Shown here one piece after another: positions 7,773 to 17,594 of a DNA stretch of 64,000 bases (positions are counted from its first letter, which is position 1; each line of letters opens with the position of its first letter). Both the position numbers and the translations under genes were made by a program. The DNA is from Candidatus Marinacidobacterales bacterium (lineage in GTDB: Bacteria > Acidobacteriota > Vicinamibacteria > Marinacidobacterales > SMYC01). The notes under the pieces were generated by a model, which had not been told where the DNA came from, did not search any database, and saw nothing but the letters and a program-made list of their open reading frames with translations. Location of the stretch: positions 3,803,836 to 3,867,835 of the forward strand of contig OZ240210.1 in the NCBI GenBank assembly GCA_965197495.1, written 5' to 3'.

Positions 7773-10514
7773 CTAAAAAGCGAACCGGACCGAAAGCTGG
7801 AACTGCCGGGGGGGGGACGCCTGGACGATCTCGAGAAAGCTCGGAAGCGGGCTGGCGGCGTTCGCTCCGAAAGAGCGCAAAAACTGCTTCGGGTTGAGAC
7901 GGTTGGTGAGATTGAAAATATCGAGGGCCGCCACGATGCGGCGTCCTTCGCCTACCTCCCACGACTTGCCGATCGAAATATCCAGCCCTGCGACCGAGCG
8001 GGCTCGAAAGCTGTTGCGCTCGAGCACCCGACCGGGGCTCGACGCCCGTTCTCGCAGCTTGAGATCGCCGTCGAGGTCGTCATCGACGCGAGGGTCGACG
8101 GTCCGGCCGGATCGGTACCGGGCGATGCCCGTCAACCGGAAGCCCAACGGAGCGTCCCACACGCCGTTGACAACGAGCGCATTCGGGATGTCCACGGCGC
8201 TCCGGCCCCATTCGCCGTCTCTGTTGGCGGGGCCCAATGGGAGTGATTCGGTGATGCGGAAATCGTCCCCGTCGTTCTCGCTGCGCGACCAGTGATACAC
8301 GGCCTGGATGGTGAAGTCGGTCGCGTAGCGTTTCGTGACGTTGAGCTTCATCCCCCAGAAACGGCTCGAGCCCCGGGACGCGAGCAAGTAGAGATCGCGA
8401 TAGCCGCCGATGGGGTAGCCGTCGGGGAGCTCCGGCGCCACACCGGGCGGGATGGGCGATCCGGGGACACCGAACGGGCGCGTCGCGTCAGCGGCGCTAG
8501 CGGAGCGCGTGGTCCCGCCCGTGTAGTCGAAAAAGCTCGGCGCGTTGACGTCCACGGGCAGGATGAGATTGCTGCCGCGGATATAGCTCACATCGAGCGC
8601 GGCCGTCCACGTGGGCGCGATCTCACGTTCGACGCCCATCGTGACGTGCTGAGCATAGGGTGTCCGGCGCGCGCTCTCGGCGAAGACGGGTGCGTCCAAG
8701 TAGAAATGGAACGCCTCGGCTGACGGGACGGCACCGGGCGACGTCGCGAGAACGCGGCGGCCGCCGGGACCATAGAGCCTCTCCAGGGAATCCACGATCG
8801 AGAAGACGAAGCTGTGAAAAACACCGTAGCCCGCCCGCACCGACGTACGTCCGTCTCGAGTCGCGTCCCAGTGAAATCCGAACCTCGGCGCAAAATTGTT
8901 GTTGCCGGGAACCGAGCTCTCTTTTTGCCATCTCAGACCGAGATTCACGGTGAAAAAAGGTGTGAGCTGCCAGTCGTCCTGAAAGAAGAGTTGGAGGTGA
9001 CTCTCGCTTCTCTCGAGCCGCGTCTCCGCGCCCGTCGCTGTAACACTTTGCCAAAAGAGGATCGGGGCCTCGTTTTCTCCCGGAGCGAAGTGCAAGAGGC
9101 CGTCGCTGAAGCGTACGAGCTCCGAATCGCTTTCGATCCGCAGAAAGCTGAAGCCGGTTTTGATCCTGTGATTGCCGGCGGACAAGCTCAACGTCTCCGA
9201 GAGAACGAAGTGGTCCTCGTCGACGCGGTCAAGAAGCGTCGGATTGCCGATATTCCCCTCCGTCGGATAAATCCGTACCGTTTCGAGTGGCGGCGCGACG
9301 CCGTCCGCGCGGAAGCGCTCGGAGCTGAAACCGACGCGAAGCTCGCTCACGGCTCCTCCGAAAACAGACACGAGCGCGGCGTGAATCGCGAGGTCGTCGT
9401 TGCGCGTCTCCCTCCGATTGTCGAAAATGTCGAAGCCGCCGACCCCATCGATGGTGTCGAGATTCGAAAAAGCTGCTTTGATCGATAGATCGTGGTTCGG
9501 GTTGAAAAAATGAGTGAGCTTGGCGAGCAGACGAAAGCGCTCGCTCGGTAGGGTAAAGAGCCCCGCGAACCGGTCGTTGTCGTAGGGAGCGGTCACGACC
9601 ACGTCTTCGTCTTGCTGTAGATACGAAAAGCTCGTGAAGAACTGCGTCCGCGCATCGTCTAGGGGGCCCAAGGGGCCGGACAATGTGAACCCGATCTCCT
9701 GGCGGTCGAGCGTGGTCATAGCACCCGTGAGCGGGTCGCTGGCGTCCCAGCTCCCCGGCCTGAGATAGAAAAAGACGCTTCCGTGGAAATCCTGCTCGCC
9801 CGCGCGCGTCGTCGCGCTGACGATCCCGCCGAGGCTCTCGCCATATCCCGCCGAGGACTGGCCGCTGATCACGCGAAACTCTTCCACCGCGTCGACGTCC
9901 ACGTCGACATGCACGACACCGTGTTGATCGCGCGTATTGGCAAAGCCGTCGAGCTGGTAGGACGTGTAATGCGCTCCGGCGCCGCTGAGCGTCTGTAGCG
10001 GCGCGCCGAAAATGTCGCCTCCGGGCGGCGATTCGCGAAGCTCGTGAGCAGCCCCTTCGAGGTCGACGAGATTCAAGTAGTCGCGGCCTCCGAGCGGAAG
10101 CTCGTCGAGCTGGCGCTCTTCCACCGAGAGCCCGACTTGAGCGTGGCTCACGTTGATGAGAGGCGCTTCTCCCGTGAACGTCATCGACTCCTGTACCGAT
10201 CGCGGTCTCAAGGTGATGTTGAAGATCGGCTTGGTATCGGCGAAATATCTCAAGCCCGCGAAACGGGACGTGGCGAAGCCGTCGAGTCGTGCTTCGAGCG
10301 TGTACTCGCCCGGCGCCATCGCGGGAAACGCGTAGCGCCCGGAATCGTTCGTGTGGGTGACACGCACGACGCTGCTCGATTCGCTGAAGAGCGTGAGCTC
10401 GGCGCCTGGGAGCCCGATTCCCGATTCATCGAGAATCGTGCCGCTGAGCTCGAAGGACGAGGCGAAGAGGCTCGCGGGAGAGAGTAAGAGCGCGATGAGA
10501 ACGAGACGCGTCAT
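7773..10514 (-). CDS. TonB-dependent receptor-like outer-membrane protein with N-terminal carboxypeptidase-regulatory-like domain
   Basis: 913 aa with signal peptide MTRLVLIALLLSPASLFASS. It has a CarboxypepD_reg-like segment GTILDESGIGLPGAELTLF..DSGRYAFPAMAPGEYTLEA, a long beta-barrel-type sequence, and a terminal aromatic (..LSVRFAF). Confidence 0.85.
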   Translation of the reverse strand: MTRLVLIALLLSPASLFASSFELSGTILDESGIGLPGAELTLFSESSSVVRVTHTNDSGRYAFPAMAPGEYTLEARLDGFATSRFAGLRYFADTKPIFNITLRPRSVQESMTFTGEAPLINVSHAQVGLSVEERQLDELPLGGRDYLNLVDLEGAAHELRESPPGGDIFGAPLQTLSGAGAHYTSYQLDGFANTRDQHGVVHVDVDVDAVEEFRVISGQSSAGYGESLGGIVSATTRAGEQDFHGSVFFYLRPGSWDASDPLTGAMTTLDRQEIGFTLSGPLGPLDDARTQFFTSFSYLQQDEDVVVTAPYDNDRFAGLFTLPSERFRLLAKLTHFFNPNHDLSIKAAFSNLDTIDGVGGFDIFDNRRETRNDDLAIHAALVSVFGGAVSELRVGFSSERFRADGVAPPLETVRIYPTEGNIGNPTLLDRVDEDHFVLSETLSLSAGNHRIKTGFSFLRIESDSELVRFSDGLLHFAPGENEAPILFWQSVTATGAETRLERSESHLQLFFQDDWQLTPFFTVNLGLRWQKESSVPGNNNFAPRFGFHWDATRDGRTSVRAGYGVFHSFVFSIVDSLERLYGPGGRRVLATSPGAVPSAEAFHFYLDAPVFAESARRTPYAQHVTMGVEREIAPTWTAALDVSYIRGSNLILPVDVNAPSFFDYTGGTTRSASAADATRPFGVPGSPIPPGVAPELPDGYPIGGYRDLYLLASRGSSRFWGMKLNVTKRYATDFTIQAVYHWSRSENDGDDFRITESLPLGPANRDGEWGRSAVDIPNALVVNGVWDAPLGFRLTGIARYRSGRTVDPRVDDDLDGDLKLRERASSPGRVLERNSFRARSVAGLDISIGKSWEVGEGRRIVAALDIFNLTNRLNPKQFLRSFGANAASPLPSFLEIVQASPPRQFQLSVRFAF

Positions 10515-10649
10515 AGCTACGTTCGTGAGTGTATTGCACGTTGGCTCGCCGAGACAATTCGAATGCTATACTCCCCCAACGTCCGCAACTCGCGTTTCTC
10601 AATCAAGATTCTAGAAATTCTGCGCTTTTTCGTCGACAAGGAGGTATTT

Positions 10650-12155
10650 ATGAGTTCGCTACAGGAGATGGCGCTGCAACTGGCCACGCTCTTCGGGGAT
10701 GATGTTCGGAATGTTCTGATTGCGATCATCCTACTGTTCGCCGGTTGGCTCGTCGCAAGGATCGGCGCTTGGGTCGTCAAGAAGGGCCTCGAGAGCACGA
10801 CCATCGACAACCGCATTGCGAAGTGGGTTCTCGGTGACCAGAAAGGGGAAGGCTTCGAGGTCGAGGCCTGGGCCGGCAAGGCCGTCTATTACATTATTTT
10901 GCTCTTCGTGCTTGTTCTCTTTTTCAACAGGCTGGAGCTCACCGTCGTGAGCGAGCCTTTCGTCACGCTCCTGAACAAAGTCTTCGGCTATCTGCCGCAG
11001 CTTTTCGGAGCGGCGCTCCTCGTCGCCCTCGCTTGGGTCGTCGCGACCGTGGCGCGAAAGACCGTCTCGATCGCTGCGGATCGCTGGCGCCTCGACGAGA
11101 AGGTCGTGGGGGAGGCGGGTCTGGAAAAAGATGCCGCGCCCGAATTGGGGAGAACGCTCGGAGACGGCATCTATTGGCTCGTGTTTCTGCTCTTCCTTCC
11201 CATCGTTCTCGGAACGCTACAGCTCGGCGGCCTGCTCACGCCGGTGCAAGCGATGATGGATCGCTTGCTGACTTTCGTTCCAAACATCCTTGCAGCAGGA
11301 CTCATCCTGGCTGCCGGCTGGCTCATCGCCCGCATCGTGCAGCGGATCGTGACGAACCTGCTCGCGGCCGTCGGGGTCGATCGGCTGGGGGAAAAGATCG
11401 GCCTCGGTACGGCGATCGGGACGCGCAAGCTGTCCGGGCTCGTCGGCCTCGTCGTCTACGTGTTCATTTTGTTCAACGTGATCCTCTCGTCTCTGAGCGC
11501 GCTCGCGCTCGAAGCGGTGACGCGTCCCGCGAGCGAGATGCTCGGACAAGTGCTCGAGGCCATCCCGAGGCTCTTTGCTGCCAGCGTGCTGCTTGCGCTC
11601 GCGTTCTTTGTCGGCCGGCTCGTCGCGCAGCTCCTCGTGGGCGTTCTTGCCGGAGCCGGCTTCGATTCGGTTCTCGACAAGCTCGGTCTCGCGATGAGCT
11701 CGACGACGAGCTCGGGCAAACGGCCCTCGGATCTCGCGGGCACGGTGCTTCTCACGATCATTATGCTCTTCGCGTCGATCGAGGCCGCCGGCCTACTCGG
11801 TTTCGCGAACTTGGCAGTGCTTCTCGCGAGCCTGCTCGAGTTCACGGGTCAGCTTGCTCTCGGTCTCGTCGTCTTCGGCGTAGGTCTGTTTCTTGCGAAT
11901 TTCGCAGCGACTACGATCCGTGCGAGCGGGAACCCGCAAGCCGGGCTCCTCGCGACGGCGGCACGGGTCGGCATTCTCGTGCTCTCGACTGCCATCGCTT
12001 TGAGTCAAATGGGCATCGCCAACGACATCATCGAGCTCGCTTTCGGACTCCTGCTCGGCTCGTTCGCGGTCGCGGCGGCCATCGCCTTCGGCCTCGGCGG
12101 CCGCGACGTGGCGGCGAAACAAATCGAGGCGTGGCGCGCAGGACTGAAGAGTTAG
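10650..12155 (+). CDS. membrane protein with conserved TM-helix repeats (mechanosensitive-channel-related family)
   Basis: The ATG at 10650 is preceded by AAGGAGG. Repeated units of the type LPNILAAGLILAAGWLIARIV / IPRLFAASVLLALAFFVGRLV are present. Confidence 0.7.
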   Translation: MSSLQEMALQLATLFGDDVRNVLIAIILLFAGWLVARIGAWVVKKGLESTTIDNRIAKWVLGDQKGEGFEVEAWAGKAVYYIILLFVLVLFFNRLELTVVSEPFVTLLNKVFGYLPQLFGAALLVALAWVVATVARKTVSIAADRWRLDEKVVGEAGLEKDAAPELGRTLGDGIYWLVFLLFLPIVLGTLQLGGLLTPVQAMMDRLLTFVPNILAAGLILAAGWLIARIVQRIVTNLLAAVGVDRLGEKIGLGTAIGTRKLSGLVGLVVYVFILFNVILSSLSALALEAVTRPASEMLGQVLEAIPRLFAASVLLALAFFVGRLVAQLLVGVLAGAGFDSVLDKLGLAMSSTTSSGKRPSDLAGTVLLTIIMLFASIEAAGLLGFANLAVLLASLLEFTGQLALGLVVFGVGLFLANFAATTIRASGNPQAGLLATAARVGILVLSTAIALSQMGIANDIIELAFGLLLGSFAVAAAIAFGLGGRDVAAKQIEAWRAGLKS

Positions 12156-12158
12156 AAT

Positions 12159-12189
12159 GAGTGCGCCCCGCTTCCCGCGGGGCGCACTC
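12159..12189 (+). terminator. GC-rich 13-bp hairpin 3' of the TM-helix gene (no clear U-tract)
   Basis: GAGTGCGCCCCGC (12159-12171), loop TTCCC, then GCGGGGCGCACTC (12177-12189). The stem is perfect. Confidence 0.45.
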
Positions 12190-12302
12190 AGCATTCAGGA
12201 TTCAGCATTCAGGACATCTAATAAATGCCGATCGCCGAATCCGAACGGTGCGCGCTGGACCCTGAATGCTGAAAGCTGAATGCTGAATCCTGAATCCTGA
12301 TA
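12190..12302. repeat. CTGAATN heptanucleotide hairpin element, copy 2
   Basis: The left arm is AGCATTC AGGATTC AGCATTC AGGACAT. The right arm (12261-12302) is CTGAATG CTGAAAG CTGAATG CTGAATC CTGAATC CTGATAA. About 20 bp of the arms are reverse-complementary. It shares TTCAGCATTCAGGACAT..AATAA and ATGCCGATC with copy 1. Confidence 0.8.
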
Positions 12303-12749
12303 ATGCCGTTCAAAATTCAATACCGCGTGCCTTGGGCGGATGTCGACCTTGCTAAGATTGTCTATTTTCCGCGCTATTTCAGCTATTTTGAGATGGCGGA
12401 GATGGAGTGGCATCGTAGCCAGGGGCTGTCTTATGAGGACATGCTCGAAGGGCTCGGGATTTGGATGCCTCGGGTGGCGGCGCACTGCAACTATCACGCA
12501 CCTGCGCGTTTCTCCGAGCTTTTGTCCATCGAGCTCCATCTCGAGCGTCTCGGACGGACGAGCTATACTTTCGGCTACGATGCCTTCCGGTTGCCGGAGA
12601 GAACGCATCTCGCGGACGGCCAAGTGACGATCGCGACTGTTCTGCGCGGCACTTTTCGACCGACACCCGTCCCCCAAGAGCTCGTGATACGTCTGAAGAC
12701 CCTCATCCTGCGCGAGCCGAGGCGCGAGCCGAGCACCCGCAAGAAATGA
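12303..12749 (+). CDS. acyl-CoA thioesterase, 4HBT/YbgC-like hotdog fold
   Basis: MPFKIQYRVPWADVDLAKIVYFPRYFSYFEMAEMEWHRSQG.. is a typical YbgC/4HBT N-terminus with the catalytic Asp context. Confidence 0.8.
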   Translation: MPFKIQYRVPWADVDLAKIVYFPRYFSYFEMAEMEWHRSQGLSYEDMLEGLGIWMPRVAAHCNYHAPARFSELLSIELHLERLGRTSYTFGYDAFRLPERTHLADGQVTIATVLRGTFRPTPVPQELVIRLKTLILREPRREPSTRKK

Positions 12750-13187
12750 CGCCCGACGCCTTCCGCCAGCGTTTCTCCATCTTCGAGCGCAAAGTCTTCT
12801 TGAACAGCTGCTCGAAAGGCGCGCTCTCGCAGGACGTCGAGAACGCCTACCGCGACTATCTTGACTCGTGGAGGCACGAGGGCTCGCCGTGGGGGGACTG
12901 GGTGGACAAGCTAGAAGAGGTCCGGGCGGCCTTTGCGGCTTTCATCGGGGCGGCCGCGGACGAGATCGCCGTGAGCTACAGCGCCTCGACCGCGACCGCG
13001 AGTCTCTTGAGCGCGCTCTCGTTCGACGGCGCGCGCAACCGTATCGCGAGCGCTCGCCGCTCGCGATATCGTGGTGTCGGCGCGGGACTCGGGCATCCGC
13101 GTCAGCTTTCATTATTACAACTTGCAAGAAGACGTCGATGCCTTGATAACGGCCCTCGACGAGCAAGCCGAGCTTCTCGTACGTTAG
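12746..13187 (+). pseudogene. class V aminotransferase remnant: first ~95 codons joined out of frame to the last ~45 codons
   Basis: The N-terminal part is MTPDAFRQRFSIFERKVFLNSCSKGALSQ..IAVSYSASTATASLLSALSF. After ~13045 a different frame reads ALAARDIVVSARDSGIRVSFHYYNLQEDVDALITALDEQAELLVR* (stop 13185-13187). The PLP core (~240 aa) is absent. The start overlaps the thioesterase stop (ATGA). Confidence 0.65.
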
Positions 13188-13203
13188 CGATCGGAGGTAG
13201 ACC

Positions 13204-15225
13204 GTGGCTTTCGTGTTAGGTTCTCGTTCCCTCAAGAAAGTGGGTATCGTCGGCTCGGGTCAGATCGGACCCGATATTGCGCTCCACATGACGAAAGTGC
13301 TCGAACCGGACGGCGTCGCGGTCGTCGTGGTCGATATCGTGCCCCGGGCCCTCAAGGCGGGCAGGGCCAAGCTCGACAAGAAAGTCGACAAAGGTGTTGA
13401 GACGAAGGCGTTCTCGCCCGAGCAAGGTGCTGCGATGAAGTCGAACGTCGTCTTCACCGAAGATTACGAGGCGCTACGGGATGCGGACTTGGTCATCGAG
13501 GCCGCGACCGAAGACTTGGACCTCAAACAGCGTATCTTTTCCCAAGTAGAGAATTTGGCGGCGCCCGACGGCGTCCTCGCCTCCAACTCGTCGCACCTGG
13601 AGCCGGAGCGTATCTTCGAAAACTCGCGCGCCGCCGAGCGCACCCTGGTAGCCCACTACTTTTTCCCCGCGGAGCGCAACCCTCTCGTCGAAGTCGTACC
13701 CTCGGACAAGACCGATGGTGCGATCGTCGAATGGCTTCTCGCGTTTTATGAAGCCATCGGCAAAGTTCCCATCCGGGTTGCGAGCCGTTACGGCTATGCC
13801 ATCGATCCTATTTTCGAAGGTCTCTTTCAAGCCGCGGCGCTCGGTGTGGAAGAAGGGCTCGGCTCCACGACGGAAGTCGACTGGGTCGCGCGGAAGTGTC
13901 TCGGGCTCGGCATCGGTCCTTTCACCGCGATGAACTTGACGGGCGGAAACCCCATCACCGCTCACGGCTTGGACGTGGCACACGAACGCGTCAGTGCATG
14001 GTTCAAAACGCCCGCGCTCATGAAAGAAGCGATGGCGTCCGGAAAACCGTGGGAGGTTGCGGCGCGCGGAGAGAAAGTGGACGTCCCTCCCGAGCGTGCC
14101 CGGGTGGTCGAGGAGCGGATGATCGGGGCGTATTTTGGACTCGTGAACGAAGTGGTCTCGAGCGGCATCACGAACGTCGCCGACCTCGAGATGGGCACCC
14201 AAATCAGCCTCGTCGTGCGGCCGCCCTTCGCTTTCATGAACGAGCTCGGGCTCGATACAGCGCTCGACAAAGTGCGTGCCTATCGCGATGTGCATCCGGA
14301 TTTTCCCATCGGTGATGCGCTCGTCACGCAGCAAGGCTCGGGCGAGCCCTGGGACATCCCCTACGTTTTGCGTCGCGACGACGACGGGATCGCCGTCCTA
14401 ACCATCCGTCGCCCCGCGGTCCTGAATGCGCTCAACCAGGATGTCTTCGACCAAATTGGCCGTCACCTCGAAGACGTTGCGGGAGATGAAGCGATACGAG
14501 GCGTCGTCTTGACGGGCTTCGGACGAAAAGCTTTCGTTTCGGGCGCGGATGTGTCCATGCTCGCGCGCATCGCCTCGGCGGAGGAAGGTGAGCGCACCTC
14601 TCTCGGATCACAATCCATTCTCTTGACGATTGAGAACTTCCCGAAGCCGGTCGTCTGCGCGTATAACGGACTCGCTTTCGGAGGTGGGAACGAGCTCGGC
14701 ATGGCCTGTCACGCTCGCCTCGCTCGTAAAGGACTCGCCCCGCTCGCGGCGCAACCCGAGCCGAATCTCGGCATCATTCCGGGCGCCGGCGCGACTCAGA
14801 AGCTCCCGAGGCTGATAGGGCTCGAGAACGCGTGGACCCTACTGCGCACCGGCCGCCCCATCTCGAGTGCCGAAGCCCTGAAGCTCGGCTTGATCCGCGA
14901 AGAGGTCGAGGGCGACCTCGTCGCGGCCGCCGCCACGCTCGCACGCGACGCCGCCAATGGCAAAACAAAGCTCGAGCCGATAGACAAAGACCCCATCGAC
15001 GTGCCCGACAAGCTCCCCGATGTCGATATCGGCCACTTGTCCCGAGCCGTCGACGCGGTGCTGCAAAAAGCGATCCGCCAAGGCACCCAGATGTCCCTCG
15101 ATGAGGGACTTCGTTTCGAAGCCAAATGCTTCGGCGAAATCTGCGCCCTGGAAGACATGCGCATCGGCGTCGACAACTTCCAAAAAAACGGCCCCCGCAA
15201 AAAAGCCAACTTCATTCACCGTTAA
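13204..15225 (+). CDS. bifunctional 3-hydroxyacyl-CoA dehydrogenase / enoyl-CoA hydratase
   Basis: GTG start after GGAGG. The N-terminus has KKVGIVGSGQIGPDIALH (Rossmann, 3HCDH). The C-terminus has IAVLTIRRPAVLNALN..VVLTGFGRKAFVSGADV (crotonase fold). Confidence 0.85.
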   Translation: MAFVLGSRSLKKVGIVGSGQIGPDIALHMTKVLEPDGVAVVVVDIVPRALKAGRAKLDKKVDKGVETKAFSPEQGAAMKSNVVFTEDYEALRDADLVIEAATEDLDLKQRIFSQVENLAAPDGVLASNSSHLEPERIFENSRAAERTLVAHYFFPAERNPLVEVVPSDKTDGAIVEWLLAFYEAIGKVPIRVASRYGYAIDPIFEGLFQAAALGVEEGLGSTTEVDWVARKCLGLGIGPFTAMNLTGGNPITAHGLDVAHERVSAWFKTPALMKEAMASGKPWEVAARGEKVDVPPERARVVEERMIGAYFGLVNEVVSSGITNVADLEMGTQISLVVRPPFAFMNELGLDTALDKVRAYRDVHPDFPIGDALVTQQGSGEPWDIPYVLRRDDDGIAVLTIRRPAVLNALNQDVFDQIGRHLEDVAGDEAIRGVVLTGFGRKAFVSGADVSMLARIASAEEGERTSLGSQSILLTIENFPKPVVCAYNGLAFGGGNELGMACHARLARKGLAPLAAQPEPNLGIIPGAGATQKLPRLIGLENAWTLLRTGRPISSAEALKLGLIREEVEGDLVAAAATLARDAANGKTKLEPIDKDPIDVPDKLPDVDIGHLSRAVDAVLQKAIRQGTQMSLDEGLRFEAKCFGEICALEDMRIGVDNFQKNGPRKKANFIHR

Positions 15226-15291
15226 CTCGAGCGCTGAGTCAAGAGCGCCGATAGCAGAAAGCAGATAGCCGGCAGCACCACGAATAACGGA

Positions 15292-16389
15292 TCACTTCCG
15301 CCCCTCGACCACGTGCTCCCAGGCGTCGTAGATGTCGAGACGGCGCGCGAGGCCTTCGACCTCTGCGGCCACGTCGGGGTGGATGGGGATGCCGCTCGCG
15401 CGGCGCTCCTGATCGATTGCGAACTCCGCCTCTCCAGGGTAGTAGACCCGAGGAGCCCCTTCCGCTTTCGTGCCAGTCAACTCGCGCATCATGTCTTTGA
15501 TGCCGTTGCGGAAGTGCACCCACGGGCCGAACGCCCGAAGCCGGACGACGATGAAGAAGTGCCCGATGCCCGCGACCGTGCCATGACCGCTCGTCGACCC
15601 CGCGAGGTGGCGGCCGAAAGCTCCGCCCGAGAGGACGCCTGAAAGAATGTCGATCGCGAGCGCGAGCCCGTAACCTTTGTGCGAGCCCGCCTCCGCGCTC
15701 ACTCCGAGAGGCAAGAGGGTCATCGCTTCGAGAGCAGCTTTTGGATCTTCCGTGCGCTTACCCGACTTGTCGAGCGCGAGCCCTGGCGGGATCGTTTCGC
15801 CGCTTCGAACAGCGTCCTCGAGTCGGTGCCGTGATGTAGCGCTCGTCGCCATGTCCAGGACGAACGGCGTCGCGTCTTCGGCGGCAGGGATGGCGATCGC
15901 CAAAGGGTTCGACCCGAGCATCGGTACTTTGCCGTAGGTCGGCAGCATGACGGGTGCGTCGTTCGAGACGACGATGGCGAGCATTTGCTCTTCGACGGCC
16001 ATACGCGCGTAGTAGCCGGCCATCCCGAAATCGTTACTGTTCTTTGCTGCGACGGCCGCGACGCCGAAGGTGTTGGCAAGCGACATCGCTAGCTCCATCG
16101 AGCGACTCGCCACGATGTGGCCCATGCCGTTGTCACCATCGATGGTAGCGGTGGCTTCCTCTTGGTGCCTCACTTGCACATCAGGGGTCGGATTGATGAG
16201 CCCGGCGCTGATGCGCGAAGCGAACACGGGAAGGCGGGCCACGCCCTCGCCTTCGACGCCCGCGAGGTCGGCCGCGACGAGAGCGTCGCCGACTTTCGAT
16301 GCATGCGTCGCGGGGAGCCGCAACCTCTTGAGAGCCTCTCGAACGAAATAGTGTAAGCGTCCGTGGCGGACGTACAAGGTCTCGGTCAT
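15292..16389 (-). CDS. Ldh_2 family (malate/L-lactate-type) oxidoreductase
   Basis: 365 aa with GSNPLAIAIPA, SHKGYGLALAIDILSG and IGHFFIV motifs. Confidence 0.85.
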   Translation of the reverse strand: MTETLYVRHGRLHYFVREALKRLRLPATHASKVGDALVAADLAGVEGEGVARLPVFASRISAGLINPTPDVQVRHQEEATATIDGDNGMGHIVASRSMELAMSLANTFGVAAVAAKNSNDFGMAGYYARMAVEEQMLAIVVSNDAPVMLPTYGKVPMLGSNPLAIAIPAAEDATPFVLDMATSATSRHRLEDAVRSGETIPPGLALDKSGKRTEDPKAALEAMTLLPLGVSAEAGSHKGYGLALAIDILSGVLSGGAFGRHLAGSTSGHGTVAGIGHFFIVVRLRAFGPWVHFRNGIKDMMRELTGTKAEGAPRVYYPGEAEFAIDQERRASGIPIHPDVAAEVEGLARRLDIYDAWEHVVEGRK

Positions 16390-16618
16390 GACGCGGGTTC
16401 CGGCTTCTGTCGGGCAGGGGATGCTATCACGGTTTCGCGCCGTCTTGGTGTGGGGAATCCTTTGAACGGTGTAGGGGATTACCCAGAGCTTTGGAACAGG
16501 GAAGCATGGCTCGAAAGCTCCAAGTGACTCACTCCAAACATCTTATATGGGGCGTGACCCTGGCACTTTGCTTGCAACGTGGAAACACTGCTTTCGAGCT
16601 TTCGAAAGAGGGGCAGAC

Positions 16619-17593
16619 ATGAGTGTGGAACTCCAGCGCAGCAATCGCGTCACCGCGGCCGACGCGAATATGTTGATCTTGGCCACCGAAAAGCAAGTGT
16701 TCGGCTTTGATCTTCTCGAAACCTTCCGGGTCGCGATCGGTCGGCACGACTCGAACGACTTGTCCTTCGATTCGCGGAACGTGTCGAACTATCACGCCGA
16801 GATTCTCTGCGAGGACGACGCGCTCGTCCTGCACGACCTCGGGAGCACCAACGGCTCCTACGTCAACGAGGAGCGGGTCAAACGGCGGAAACTCCAGCAC
16901 GGCGATCGTATCCGCATCGGCAATAACGAGATCACCGTCAAGCTCACGAACGAGGACGCTAAGGAGCCGGAGCCGAGCACCCCGAGTCTTCCGACGCACG
17001 GAAGCTTCCGGCGCGCCGGCAGCGACCATCCCGGGTCGACCGCAGGAGAGCTTCTTTTGAATTTGTGCGCGCTGAAAAAGTCCGTACGCCTCACGCTCGC
17101 ACGGAACAAGAGCGATCACATCGTCGTTTACATGCACGATGGACGCATCGTTTTCGCCGAGGCGGGAACGGCGCGCGCTGAAAAAGCGCTCTACCGCGTC
17201 TTCGAATGGCACCGGGGCGAGTACAAGACGGAGCCGTTTCCCGCTAATGACTCGATCCCTCGTTCGATGACCGTCCCTGTTGAAACCCTCGTCGAGGAAG
17301 GCGAGCAGCAGGCGAAAGAGCTCGATGAGCTCATCAGCAAGCTGCCGCCGCCGGAAGCTGCGCTCAGACTCCGTGAAGGCTGTAAGATGCGCATCTGCGA
17401 CTTCACTCCATCTGAGCTTGAGGTCTTCCAAGCCGTCATCCGCGACCGAACGCTCGGGGGAGCCATCGAAGGCTGCGCGATGACCGACTTGCGCGTCATG
17501 ACACAGGTACACGCGTTGATCCACAAGAGAGTGTTCGAGCTCGAAGAAGGCAGCTCGCTGCTGGAGCAAACGAACATCATCACTCGACACTAG
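16619..17593 (+). CDS. FHA-domain protein with C-terminal DUF4388-like region
   Basis: FHA core: VAIGRHDSNDLSFDSRNVSNYHAEI..LHDLGSTNGSYVNEERV..LQHGDRIRIGN. The start is taken at MSVELQR (ATG 16619). Confidence 0.7.
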   Translation: MSVELQRSNRVTAADANMLILATEKQVFGFDLLETFRVAIGRHDSNDLSFDSRNVSNYHAEILCEDDALVLHDLGSTNGSYVNEERVKRRKLQHGDRIRIGNNEITVKLTNEDAKEPEPSTPSLPTHGSFRRAGSDHPGSTAGELLLNLCALKKSVRLTLARNKSDHIVVYMHDGRIVFAEAGTARAEKALYRVFEWHRGEYKTEPFPANDSIPRSMTVPVETLVEEGEQQAKELDELISKLPPPEAALRLREGCKMRICDFTPSELEVFQAVIRDRTLGGAIEGCAMTDLRVMTQVHALIHKRVFELEEGSSLLEQTNIITRH

Positions 17594-17594
17594 G

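Noticed and set aside
11033-12160. 375-aa alternative-frame ORF inside the TM-helix-repeat gene
   Set aside because: Its Arg-rich translation is typical of an off-frame reading of GC-rich DNA. The in-frame product is a coherent membrane protein.
5249-12302. Heptamer repeat loci considered as CRISPR-like arrays
   Set aside because: The repeat unit is 7 nt with no spacers, and no cas genes are present. No CRISPR array exists in the window.
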